This document shows positions 1 through 12,462 of a DNA stretch of 64,000 bases, piece after piece. Below the pieces are notes generated by a model. That model saw nothing but the letters and a program-made list of their open reading frames with translations, made no database searches and had not been told where the DNA came from. The stretch lies in the NCBI GenBank assembly GCA_020137815.1, contig CM035351.1:1054001-1118000 (forward strand), given 5' to 3'. How positions within the stretch are numbered: position 1 is the first letter of the stretch; each line of letters begins with the position of its first letter. The translations under genes were made by a program, and so were the position numbers. Origin of the DNA: Hormiphora californensis (lineage: Eukaryota; Animalia; Ctenophora).

Positions 1-83
1 ATTGGTAAAATAAGAATTAGAACACACCCTGCTTCCAACTTGATAGAGATTCATCCTGTCATCTTCCCTCATCACACCTTTAA

Positions 84-232
84 TGTAGCTCTCTCTTCAG
101 CAATCACTTTATGTAGCTCTCTCTTCAGCAATCACACCTTTGTAGCTCTCTCTTCTGCAATCACACACTTTGTAGCTCTCTCTTCAGCAATCACTTTATG
201 TAGCTCTCTCACTTCAGCAATCACTCGCAATC
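84..232. repeat. Minisatellite, ~27-29 bp unit (tgtagctctctcttcagcaatcac...), ~5 copies
   Basis: The unit is visibly reiterated in the sequence. Confidence 0.85.
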
Positions 233-975
233 ACCCCTACAGCAACAAGCCTTCTTTCTAACTCAAATGATTCATTTCATTAGTCCACGTGTAGGTGACT
301 CTCGTATAAGGATAACCGATATCGTTCCATTCTTATTTTATAAATCGGTTTCATATGTAGCGAAATGTCTCCCAGGAATTAGGACAGATCGGTGAAGTCT
401 GGTTCAAAGAGACATCTCATAATAAAACATGCTATCAACATCCATGCTCACCGCAACTTTTTTGGAGTTTCGGTGCGACCTGTGTTGTGAGCCTTATCAC
501 CGGAGAGGGAACATTGCGTGTCATATGTCAGAGGAAATAGGCACCATCCGGTCTCTCTCCCCCTCTCTCTCTTTCTCTCACACACTCTCTCTCTCTCTCT
601 CTCTCCCTCTCTCTCACTCACCCAATTTCACTATCTCTCAATCTCCCTCACATGACACTACTTGCAAGAAAAAAAAAACACAAAATTACGAGTCCTTGCA
701 CCAGATCCACTCCCAATACCGCCCCAGAGACACCTTGAAATTATGCAATATCTCACTCCATCCATCTCCCTCTCTCCCTATCTATCTCTCCCTCTCTCTC
801 CCTATCTATCTCTCCCTATCTATCCCTGTGGCTTCATCATAATCAATATGTAGCCACCGGAGCTGTACTTTGTCGCGACTAATAGTTCACGCTTTCTTCT
901 GGCTTGAGGGGAGATCTAGACACTCTCTCATCTCTGACCCACCTCCCGATCGATCTTTCTCTTCTTGTCATCGCC

Positions 976-980
<5 letters not shown>

Positions 981-1068
<88 letters not shown>
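981..1068. repeat. (CT)n microsatellite. Similar CT/GA tracts lie at ~1738-1890, 11866-11910, 27665-27724, 30527-30618, 31236-31410, 59095-59254 and 61415-61452.
   Basis: Directly visible; these tracts explain the LSLSLS/ERERER ORFs. Confidence 0.95.
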
Positions 1069-1071
<3 letters not shown>

Positions 1072-1734
1072 CTCTGTCATCGTTTGATCGGAGAAATATA
1101 AATTTAGCCTCATCCCCTCCCCTCTCTCTGTGTTGTAGTACTGCAATGCTAAGTGGGTTTAGGAACCTTAAAGGATTCACATGTTAGTCTTAGTACTACG
1201 CCTTTACAGCACTATAGGAAATGAACAATGTATAATTATGATATACGACTATTGCAGGGGGTATTATTAGGTGATGTAGGAACAGAGCCAAATCAAGGCT
1301 GAATAAGAGTAGTGAGTAGGTCCCTGTATCAGATATATTATATCATTGATAATATCAAGAGATGAGATGAATATTGATCTTCATCTGCAACCATCACCAA
1401 AATATAATGTTTCCATTGACAGTTAACCCCTAATCAATCCTACTAAATACTACGAGAGACACATTGATTAACACGTGTATAATATGTCCAACACAGTGCG
1501 AGTCTGGTGCTACCGAAAACGCTGAAAAAGCTTTTCCCACCGCTTGTTTCTTATCTCTCTCCGACCCTCTCTCCATATGACTGAGTTGTGTGTGTGTGTG
1601 TGTTGAAAAATATAAGGGGGGTTTGAATTTCTCTCTGACACGGATGTGAGTGTCTGTGACACGTGTAATCGATCACGTGACACGTCTTGACATCTCCCTA
1701 GCAACTATCTCACCGAAATCACATGAATCACGTG

Positions 1735-1786
<52 letters not shown>

Positions 1787-2176
1787 CTCTCTCTCCCTCT
1801 TCTCTCCTCTCTCTCTCTCTCTCTTCTCTCCTCTCTCTCTTCCCCTCTCTCTCTCTCTCTCTCCTCTCTATCTCTCTCTCTCCCATGTCTCTCCCATCTC
1901 TCTCTTTCTCGACTACTGGGACAGTAATTCGGTAGGCAAGGGAGATAAGACCATGTCCTGCCAACCCTCTCTCCTCTCGTGAGGGTGAATACCGTCTGTT
2001 TCTACTGCTGGTGGTGGCAGGCTGTGTGAACTGGATGGGGATTAGACCTGTGTGTCATGCCTGGGGGGATTTAGAAGACCCAGTTAGAGCTTGATCTCTC
2101 AGGCCAGGGTGGGAGCAAGATAGAGAGAGAGATGAGAGGGAGAAAGATAGGGAGAGGGAGATCAGAGAGATAGATG

Positions 2177-2211
<35 letters not shown>

Positions 2212-2989
2212 ATCAGAGAGAAAAAGAGAAAGAGAGAGGGACGAATGATCGGTATTTATTGAGATTAAGCTTGCTAGGATCTGGGTAAAACTTCCCCTTT
2301 GAACGGTCAATTCTTTTGTGTGTGTGTTAGAATGGACTCTGAAAATGCAAATTGCCCTATTTAGCATTCACTAACCCCACTATAATATAAAGCGCCTGGT
2401 CAACTGTATTCTCCTCCCTTTTTCAACCCCGCTCTTTTCTATTCTCTTGTGTTGGAGCACGGTGTTTTTCATCTTTCTCCAACCTTCTCTTTCTCCCAAT
2501 CCTCCACGCACACAAAACAGTGAAATTGGGTGCATTATACTGCCAAACAGGTGTTTTGCATAGTAATAATCTCTCATGAGATTTAGAAAATGGTTCAATC
2601 TCTGTTACAATAACCAAGGAATAGGATAAAACATATTAAAACAGATTTCATATGTCCCAAATCCCGATGTACATCGGTGTTTATCAAACTTTCATTTACA
2701 ACTCCTTTTCCTTTGAAACATTGCCTCTCTTTTTTCGTCCAGAAAAGGGTCAACACCCTGCAAAGACAATAGTATATTTAGCGGGTTAATGGAATCATTC
2801 ATCATACATTCAATCATGAGCTTCTTTCTCAACCTGCCAAAAGAGACAGGAGGGAAGAGAGAGGGAGTGAGAGAGAAACAGAGAGAAATGGAGAGAAACA
2901 GAGAAAGAGAGAAAGAGATAGCTGTAGTTGAGACACATGAACAGACCCCCTTGATACACTTTACCAGCTACACATGAACTTCCCTTCAG

Positions 2990-5900
2990 ACATTGATGAA
3001 TTCCCCCGAGAGGAGCCTGATAGGAAAATGAAGGAGGGTGGCACTGTATATATCTCCTGCCAGAAGCCCTCTGGAGCGCCCTCCCCCTCCATCTCCTTTA
3101 TCCACAATGGATCTATAGTTGTACCAGATTCAAGGAGGAGGGTGATTGATGGGGGTGTCAGGCTGACAATTGGACCCCTCCAAATGAGTGACAATGGAGT
3201 GTATCAGTGTATGGCGGGCAATCCTGCTGGGGTTGTGAAAAGTAAAACCTTCACCATAACAGTTCAGCGTGAGTTGGAGAGCCTCTACTGAGCCATGTAG
3301 CACCCAATTGTGGAGCTATAAGCTGTATCATGTAGCACGCCCCCAATTGTGGAACTATAAGCTGTACAATGTAGCACCTAATCCTGGAACTAAGCTGTGC
3401 TATAATTGTAGCCCTCCCTGTGCTATAATAGCCCCACCTGTGTGTGAATGATTTGACATTTAGCAGTTTTAGCACTGTATAATAATAAACAGTGTATATC
3501 TGTTGGATTGGAATTAAAGTGTAAAATGGTTGTGGAAAATGATTGAAATCAACTAGGTGATTCTTCACCACAAATATGGACATAGCTACATCGCTGAAAC
3601 ATGTATTGTCTACTAAATCTCTGCTACAAGTCTGCTACATGATGATAAATTGTAAAACATGGAGATGTGTGATTTATCAGCTACAAAACGACAGCCGATC
3701 TGATTATTGTCCACTATCATCAGCTACCTTCTCGCCCCCCTACATGTGTCTCCTACAATCTACATGTGCAGTAATTCTTGGTATATGACAGTTATCCATG
3801 AGATGATTGTGATTGACAGCATGCTGATACCCAATATATGTACTATTGATTCCTAAACTCTACATGTTCACAAATTATAGCCCCGATGGTGCCGGTATGA
3901 AGCCAGTGTTTTTTGTGCAAGAGGTGCTAACTAACAGACTATAAAGAGCTGTAGCTATCCGTTTGATTTCCCCCTCCTCCTCTTTCCCCGCTCCCATCTT
4001 CCTCATCTTCCCATGGCTTCCGTCTGCGTGTCACTGTCTCTTATGATTGAGCAGAGATTGTCAGAATGCTATACCGCCAAGGAAGTCGCAACAACTTTAT
4101 ATACTGCTAAAAGCATGATTTATCACCATCTATAACCGATATAAACCATTTGATAAACCTTTGCCCCCTTCAGATCAAACCGAAAGTTTATTTATTACGG
4201 AACGACCCAACAACGTTACAGTTAAAGCGGGTGGCCCAGTAACATTGATATGTCAGTTTAACCGAGAAGTTACACAATTTGGATGGTAGGTCCTGTTTTT
4301 AGGGTGGGGTGCTTGTTTCCTACTCAATTCAAAGTGAACCTAATTTAGGGCGAGGGGTTGTTTCTACTCACTGCAACTTTGTAGCTGGAAGAGCTAACTT
4401 GATGTAACGCGCGAAACACTTTTTTGGAGCCAGTTAGCATTTACTGTTCGTTTGGCGCGCCCGCGCGCGGTCTGGGAAACTCACTCGTGGGCTCCAGACT
4501 GCCGCCGTCTGGCCCCCTCTCACATGGTCACAGCCCCATTTTGACACGCTTATCTCCCCTTGTACACCCACACTTGTACCGTTGCATTGCGCGAAACAGT
4601 CTGAATAAGAAACACCCTCACAGGATATTCAAGCGTCTAGACGGCAAGCCTGTGTCTGAAACGATTATGTCCAAACGAAACAGGGGACACTGGAAATATG
4701 TCAATGGGGCAAATTTGCTGATTGAAACGGTCGATAGAAATGACAGTGGTTGGTATACGTGTTTCGGACGAGATGATGAAAATGAAGTGTCGACAAAAGC
4801 ATCTGTCACCGTTATTTGTAAGTGAAATATTGACCCGTCGGCCGTCCATTTCAAACTCATTTGCAATTAATTTGGAAAAATGATATTTATAAATGTCTCT
4901 CTCTCCCGATTAGATTTTGATAAGAGTAGAGCCCTAGGACCGAGGGACCAAGCAGGTACTACTAGGTAGTACAGCTTCACTCTCTTGTGTGGTACCTATT
5001 GGGTATCCCGTCCCCCAACTATCTTGGACCAGAGAGAATGATAGGCAGATTACCCTGGTTACCGAACGAGATGGTTACATGGTGAGAACCTAAATAGTTA
5101 ATATCATTCTGATTCCAATTCTGATTCTGATTTCCTGTCACGTCTCCCACCTAATTTTTGTCTAATCAGCCAGTAGACGTGTACGGCACTGCAGTTCTGA
5201 TACCCGTAATAACCTCTCCTCCCTTTCTTGCAGATGACCCAGTTGTTTGATGAAGATATGCCAACCTACACCCTAACCATTACCAATGTAACTGAATCTG
5301 ACAAGGGGAACTACAGATGTTCTGCTGTTAACAGTAAGATGGATAAAAATGCCGGTTCTTGGAACAGCAAACCTGGAAAATTCTCTGTCCGAGGTATAAC
5401 TATGTGAATTGGGTAGACATTTTCAAATGTCAATATACACTTTTTCCCTACAACTTTTTAGAGGGCGGCAGCCGTTTACAGCTCATTCGTCCTGTCGGCT
5501 TTTGAAATAGCTTTGTTTGATAGGTATGGCAACTTGTTAATGCTGAGGTTTGAGAACCACTCCCCCTTTTTTCAGAGAGCGGGTTAGAGCCTAGTGAATA
5601 CGTAGTGTCACATCAAACCACTACCCTCCCTGGTAAAACTGTGACACTAAGCTGCAGCGTACAGGCGGACCCCGCACCCTCTGTGACTTGGATTAAAGTG
5701 GATAGGGCAGGGAGCAACCCAGTTTCCTCGGATACCAACCGTTACTCCTTCATAAATACAGACGATGAACATCACCGGTACAATTTCACCATGGTGATCA
5801 ATGATGTCCAACTGGATGATCACAATACCCGATATATGTGCTCAGTGAAGAACCGACTAGGAACAACTAAAAGTCCTAAAATGACACTCCTAGTCAACTG

Positions 5901-8900
5901 TAAGTGTAATTCAGGAACCACTGCTATCATCCCCTGTTTTTGGATGTCTGGCGTTGCCGGACCCCGGCAGTGCGTGCAGATCGGTCCAGCGCCACCAGAC
6001 AGATTTTGGGGTCTTAAAATTCCACTTTCTCTCCAGACATCCAGTGTAGAGAAGATAAGGCGGTTCAGGAGAAGCTATTCAATGTTCAGGAACCTGCCCA
6101 GATAGCCTGTCCCGGGGTGTTTTCAGCCCATCCTAAACCCTCCACTACCTGGTTCTATGACACCACCACCAGGTATGTGTGAGAGATAAACGGATCAGCA
6201 GTGCACATCTGTCAGAGCGTTCAAGATAAGAGAATGTCTCTAATTTTAACCATGATGTCGTCATATGACATCACCGCCCTACTTCATATGACATCAATAT
6301 GGTGCAGTGAGGTGGTTTGCAGCGAGATACGATTAGTTTAGGGGCTAGTATGGTCGGGGGGCCGGGGAGCTCCTCCCGGGAGGGGGGGGGGGCTCTAGAG
6401 CCTGTCTAGAAACCAATAGTAACACAATATTGGGAGATGGTTGATAATACTACTACTACTACTACTATAGTCCTGATAATATCCTCATAATATTAATAAG
6501 ATCTCCTCTATTTCCACAGTTCGATGAGAGAGAGGGCATTGACCCTGTCTACAGATAGCCTGACTGATGGAGACGCTGGAAAGTACATCTGTATTGCTAG
6601 TAACCCCCTTGGCAACTGCTCATACACGATCAACATCAAGGCCCAGGATCCCAGAAGTGTTACTTCTGGTAAGGGATAACTTGGATAATTAGAACAAGCC
6701 AATAAAACTCAGAAAACAAAAAACAGTTCCTTTTATTCTCTTGTGTACATGTGATATCAGCCCCATCCCCCTCTCACACATCTCCCCTGGGGGGGGGCCG
6801 GCTGAAGTTTTTGAAGTTTGAAGTTTTCCACCCTACTTTTTGAGTTTTTGAAGTTTTTGAAGTTGACTTCAAAAACTTCAAAAAATCCATGGCACAATTT
6901 GGTGTAAAAAAATTTAAATTTTTTGTAAAAACAGATTTTATTTTCATTCTATAACTCAAAAAATTGCCTAGAAAATGCTAAGAAAGTGTTTAAAAATTAT
7001 GAAGTAAATTTTCAAAATTTTTTTTGGGGCCACACCCTTTTTGCCAGTTTCACAAAATGCAAATTTTTTATGAAGGGAGTAGTGAAAAAAATATGGACAC
7101 CAAAATCATCAGCGGCCTCGAGTTAGTGGGGGTACGTGCCAAAATGAAGTCTCCACCTCATCTAATTCGAGGGATAATGGGATATTTACATAATTTTGTG
7201 TATGCGCATGACTGTTTTTTGGCTATACCGGTTTTAATGGTTTATGACAGTCTATAGGATTTTTAAAGGGGTGTATCTTGTTCGGAATATGCAAGTTTGT
7301 ATAAGAGTTATGAAGCAACATAGGGCCTATCTCCAACGGTTTAGGAGATATGAGTTTTTGAAGTTTTTGAAGTTTTCCACCCAAAGTTTCTCTTTGAAGT
7401 TTTTGAAGTTGACTTCAAAAACTTCAAAAACTTCAGCCGGCCCCCCCCCCTCTCCCCTCCTCCCCTCAGGTAGTAACAGACTGCTCCTAATTCTAATGGT
7501 GGCCCTTGCCTTCGCTGTCTTTGTCATCATAGGTTTCATTATCTTCATGCAAATGAGGAAAAGGAACAAGAAGAAGAAGCTGCAGAGCACCGAGGCACTG
7601 GAGAGGCTCAACCAGCCGGTGTTTAGTATGACTAATGGGTACGAGGAGGGAGATCAGCTGCCATCTCCTTCTGCCAACATGACACACAACCAACTATATA
7701 GTGTGAGTATCTTGATCCTACAATTATATAGACTGCCATCTCTCATCTCTGACTAAACCGTGCTGTGTGCAGTCATGTAGTACAAACAGAATTATGTCTT
7801 TCTAGATCCCCCTTTCCTGATCTAAAATTTTCAAATCCTCATTTGTGACGATCATGTTTCAGACGCTGTCCAAGTTTGGATCATGGCAGATAGCCAAAAC
7901 TCGGCTACGGAACCCAACAATCCTAGGAGAGGGCCAATTTGGGAGTGTGTATAAGGCTGAACTGAGATCTCTCGATGGATCACCCTCTATTTATGTAGCC
8001 ATTAAACAAATCAAGGTGAGAAATCTCCCTGAAATTAAAGTGTTCTTGGATCTAATTTTTGTGGCACATGTGAGCAACTCAACTTAGCCTCAATCCCTCC
8101 TATATCCTAATCATAATCCCATCTCCCAGGACGACAACAACATGGAGGCGGTACGAGACTACGAGAAAGAGATGCTGATGATGACCCAACTCCAGCACCC
8201 TAACATTGTCAAACTAATCGGTCTGTGTACCGACTCTGCTCCCTACTACATTCTCACTGAGTTTATGGAGAAAGGGAACCTAGCTGAGTACCTGCAGCAG
8301 TTAGCCCAGTGCAAGACGGACAGACTGACATTGGCTGATCAGATCAGAATTTGTCATCAGGTTGCAGCAGGTAATGAAGGGAAATTATCAGATGAATTTG
8401 TAGATTGGTAATGTTTCCAGTCTGCTTACTTTCAGTCTGCTTACTGCTTTTACAGAAAACACAAAAAGATTCGATTTACGAACTTTACTAGTCCCCCAAT
8501 TATTACTTTCCAAATAAAACTACAGTTCCCCATCTCCATCTTCCACACACCCAGGACTTCACTATATGGAGGAGAAGGAATTTGTACACAGGGACGTTGC
8601 TGCCAGGAACTGTCTAGTAGGACGGGATCTGGTCGTGAAAGTGGCTGATTTTGGCCTCAGTCGCAGTGTCCACGGCAGAGAGATCTACCAGAAGGTATGT
8701 AACGATTTTATTGAGGATTTTGCTTATAGTGTAGATTCCCATTTCACAACTTGTTTGTGAGGTTCAGTTCCCAAAATACCAATTTATAGTTGCTCCTACC
8801 GTGACACAAAGAAATTCCAGGACGGTGGGACGGTGCCAATACGATGGATGTCTCCAGAAGCCATCCAATATGGCCACTACACCACCGCTAATGATGTCTG

Positions 8901-9430
8901 GGCTTATGGAGTGTGTATGTGGGAGGTATTTGCCTATGGAGTCATCCCGTACAATGCTTGGACCAACGAGGACGTAGCCACTAACGTTCAAAATGTGAGT
9001 TTCTACCTGTTTTTCATAGAGTTTTCATAGGACATAGAGTTTTCAGAATTCATAGGTATTTACTTTTTAGAGTGAGAATAGAAAGACATTTGTACTACAA
9101 ACTTTTTAGGTATCAAATACTACAATATTAGGCGTCAACAGACATCAGCTTGTGTTAGGCTTCTGCTTTTGACACCCTCCCTTTCTAATAGAAATTCTAT
9201 CTCTCTCATTCTCTCTCGCTCTCTCTCTCTATCTTCTTATCTTTTTGTCTACATCTGTCTGCTTCTCAAACCATCCTAACCATCTCTCTCCTCTCTCTCA
9301 GGGTTGTCGTCTGATAAAGCCGGACAACTGTCCCCAAACCATCTATAACATAATGCTAAACTGCTGGAGCGAACATGCAGACCATCGGCCAAGGTTCCAC
9401 TTCATATTGGAATCACTCCACGCCCTCTAA
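2990..9430 (+). CDS. Receptor tyrosine kinase: at least 5 Ig domains, a TM helix and a catalytically intact kinase (MuSK/ROR/Trk/PTK7-like). Spliced; 5' end uncertain, with a candidate signal-peptide exon from ATG 1953.
   Basis: GT-AG exons, approximate. Ig (C..W..DxGxYxC): 2990-3268, 4174-4285, 4624-4817, 4914-5081 (1-nt frameshift ~4955), 5234-5394, 5576-5899, 6037-6172, 6520-6668. TM ([22 protein letters not shown] + RKRNKKKK): 7470-7702. Kinase: 7863-8015 (GEGQFG, VAIK), 8130-8371, 8555-8695 ([11 protein letters not shown]), 8821-8994 ([14 protein letters not shown]), 9302-9430. Confidence 0.92.
6789..7450. mobile_element. MITE with G-rich TIRs and an 8-bp TSD (TCTCCCCT), in an RTK intron
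   Basis: Ends are gggggggggccggctgaagtttttgaagttt and aaacttcaaaaacttcagccggcccccccccc. TCTCCCCT lies at 6781-6788 and 7451-7458. Confidence 0.9.
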
Positions 9431-10730
9431 TTAGTAGCAGAAACAGTGTGTATTGCTGCAGAGACTGATATAATGTAGACTTGTCAGCCAGTTGCTTAAA
9501 TGATGGTCCCAGTCGTAGGTTGTTGAGTAACAAGTCGTAGGCGTAACATCACAAAACTGAACTCTTGGGATGTGAGAGAGATATGATATTAGGAGCTGCC
9601 ATTGTTTTGATGAATATAAGCACATTGTTGTGGAAACTGGACGGTGAAGAAAACGTTTTTAGGACTTAACTTCTGAAGCATCCCTGTCAGACGCATTGAA
9701 CTGACCAAAGGAGTCACCTGATAATATCAGTGTTTGTTTTACAAGTGACAGTTCATGTGTTTGTTTTACAAGTGCATGTAAACCTGTACAAGTGTACATT
9801 TTACCAATTGAAACAGAGAATTGTGAGCGGATAAAATAATGAGAACACATGCTGATAAATTATGAAATGAGGCGTGTGTGTTTTTTGTTTTAGTTAATGG
9901 CCGTGTGTCCTTACTATTATTGGATAGTATGAGTAATTACTATAGCTAATTCCTACTTTTAAGTATCCTAAATGTAGCTAATGGGCTAATTATAATGGGC
10001 CAGTGCAGTATTTAGAGTGGAATTGGCATTGTTTTCTTACAGTTTATAATCATTCCCTGGACTCCATATTTTATCTACACAAGTGTGTGACGCGATTAGA
10101 TATTCTCTTACTCTATGTATTTGTTGCGTTGATTTCTTTTCTAATTTTTTACACCAAATTAAATTAAAATGCTGTGTTTTAATTGTTCTCTTGCTTTCAG
10201 TTTCCCACTCCTAGAAACTGTAAGTACGTTTGAGTGTCCAGTGTCCACTCCCATGCAAGTTTGCAGCGATAGTTATGGTAAGAGTCAGGTTACCACGGAT
10301 GGAGAGTGGAGAGTGGAGAGTCTAAAGCATAGCAAAGCTGAGCCTTGGTTATTGAATTTTGAAGGGGCCGGGCTATGCGCCGACGCGAAGATCAAAATTA
10401 TCATCTGCTTAAAAGTAAGTGCGCGCGCGTTTTCAAGTCAATTTAAAACTTAAATTTAAAAAACACGCACGTTCGCGTTTTTTTTCTGGTCCAATTTCCT
10501 TCTCTTTAGACTTTAGTTTGATTTAAGCACTTTAAACCGACCTAATCAATGTTAAATTAGCGGTTCACTTCCTCCTTGGCTTTCTTAATGCACATTTTCA
10601 TTTTCACTCATAAAAAACTTCAAAGTTCAATCCAAGAGAGAAAATGGTCCAAATAACTAAACGCTAATTCTATAGAATTCGACCATATTATCAAATTTTA
10701 CCAAAATGGACTATGACGGCCTCCCTTGCT

Positions 10731-10873
10731 GTCAGAGCATTGGCCTGACCCTATTCTCGTGCACGTGAGAACTGTGGTCAGAGCATTGGCCTGACAGCTC
10801 CCTTGCCCCACCAGGACTCGGGAGACTACTGTCAGAGCATTGGCCTGACCCATTCTCAGAGCATTGGCCTGAC
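10731..10873. repeat. Four copies of the self-complementary 19-mer gtcagagcattggcctgac with variable spacers
   Basis: Copies at 10731, 10777, 10831 and ~10856 (the last is 5'-truncated). Confidence 0.85.
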
Positions 10874-10953
10874 AGGGAGACTATAGATCTCCTGGGAAAT
10901 CCCTCAGAGACGTCCGAGCTAGGGGGCATAAGATGGGAGACGTCATTTACTGC

Positions 10954-11164
10954 AAAAATAGTGACTCAGTGACAATTCTGACACAGTTTTTTGGGGATGC
11001 ATGACATCTCGGGAGGTTCGCTATTATCCCCGGTTGGGAGGTTTGTGGGGAAGTCCCCTGGAGATCTACCGGAGGTGCAGAGGAGGACGTAATTATAGAT
11101 GCATTGCCCGAGATGCAATTTACTGCCAAAAAGTGTGCCAGACATGTGACTGAGTCACTTTTTT
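10954..11164. repeat. Imperfect inverted repeat / degenerate MITE
   Basis: agtgactcagtgacaattctgacacagttttttgg pairs with ccaaaaagtgtgccagacatgtgactgagtcact; inner catctcggg pairs with cccgagatg. Confidence 0.6.
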
Positions 11165-11860
11165 GGCATCAGATTACTCTTGTTGGGAGGTGCATCTATT
11201 CTCATCCCCCAGCTGGAAGGCTATACATAGGGGACTTGATATATCTTGGTAACGAAATTACTCCTCACATGATGTCACATCACGCTTTGGCATGCCTGCA
11301 AGGTAGCTTTGTTACCAATGATATATCAGGCACGTGTTTGCATTTATCGAACATGTTTTAACTTGCCACTTTCCTGCATGACTGATGGTACCAGGGAGGG
11401 GCTCCTGTAGCAGTAGAGGCGAGACCTCTTGGAGCATTTAATCTGATATTATTATTGCCGGACTCTGTGCATGCAAATTCCGTGGGCGTGCCTCAATATG
11501 CAATCAGCTCAGGGAGAGATTAGAGGACGATATCTCACAAACTGTGGAGAGTTAGTTGCAATTTTTAGAGAGGAAACATTGATGCATTTTGGCGTGGTTC
11601 AATCTGATAACGAAAATGAAATTCCTTATCTAAATTGAAACATATATTTTCGGGTTAACTGAATATAACGCTCTTACCATGTACCATCACGCAGGAGACA
11701 AATGGTTTTTAGGAGGGGCAGGTGAGATGTTGGGAAAGTACTGCTAAAATAGCACAATTCACTTACCCCTCTCTCGCAACGTGACTTCCGGAACGACAGA
11801 CATCAAGGTCTGAGAGGGTGGTGCCGGAGTCTTTGAGTACCGGGACCACGTGAGAAAGGA

Positions 11861-11919
<59 letters not shown>

Positions 11920-12462
11920 GCTGCTAGCGAGAATAGATGCAGCAGTAGATAGAGAGAGGATGTCTCTCACTCTCATCTAATTTACAGTCCGTACGGTCGG
12001 GGGGACACGCCACAACATGCTAGTATGCTACAACCCAGCCCAGGCTCCTCCTGGACATCACATTTTTTGTTTCATCGCTTTGTTTCATCGCTCACAGTTT
12101 CTTTTATTTGTGATTCAAGTTATTGAATATTGAAATCTTAGCCTTTCTTTATTTGTATAATAGTCCCCTCCCAACCCTTCTTTAATTGTTTCACAATTTT
12201 CTCTCAGCTGATGCCTCATATCCTATTTCGGTTTGTTGAGTAATGGGTGGATATTGTGTTGATCTTGTTTTTCTGCTCCAAAATTAAAATTGAGCCTTCT
12301 ACCCGTCTATATAGAATTAATTTTACTGTTTACAGTTGTCTAAAATTTCCCGATAACAGCTTTCAGTTCTGTTCAGTTTATAACGGTTTTTCGTATATCT
12401 TTGCTAGATATTGGCAATATTCCAACCTAACCGTCTCATGTTACCAGACATAGCCAGGCAAA

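Noticed and set aside
429-2367. LSLSLS / ERERER ORFs, here and at ~31.1-31.6 kb and ~59 kb
   Set aside because: Microsatellite translations.
6340-6410. Helitron 3' end (GC-rich hairpin plus CTAG)
   Set aside because: No identifiable 5' end or second copy in the window; too weak to call.
10731-10873. CRISPR array
   Set aside because: Eukaryotic context and no cas genes; the spacers are irregular and share sequence with the flanks (ctcccttgc, ggagacta), as expected from local duplication.
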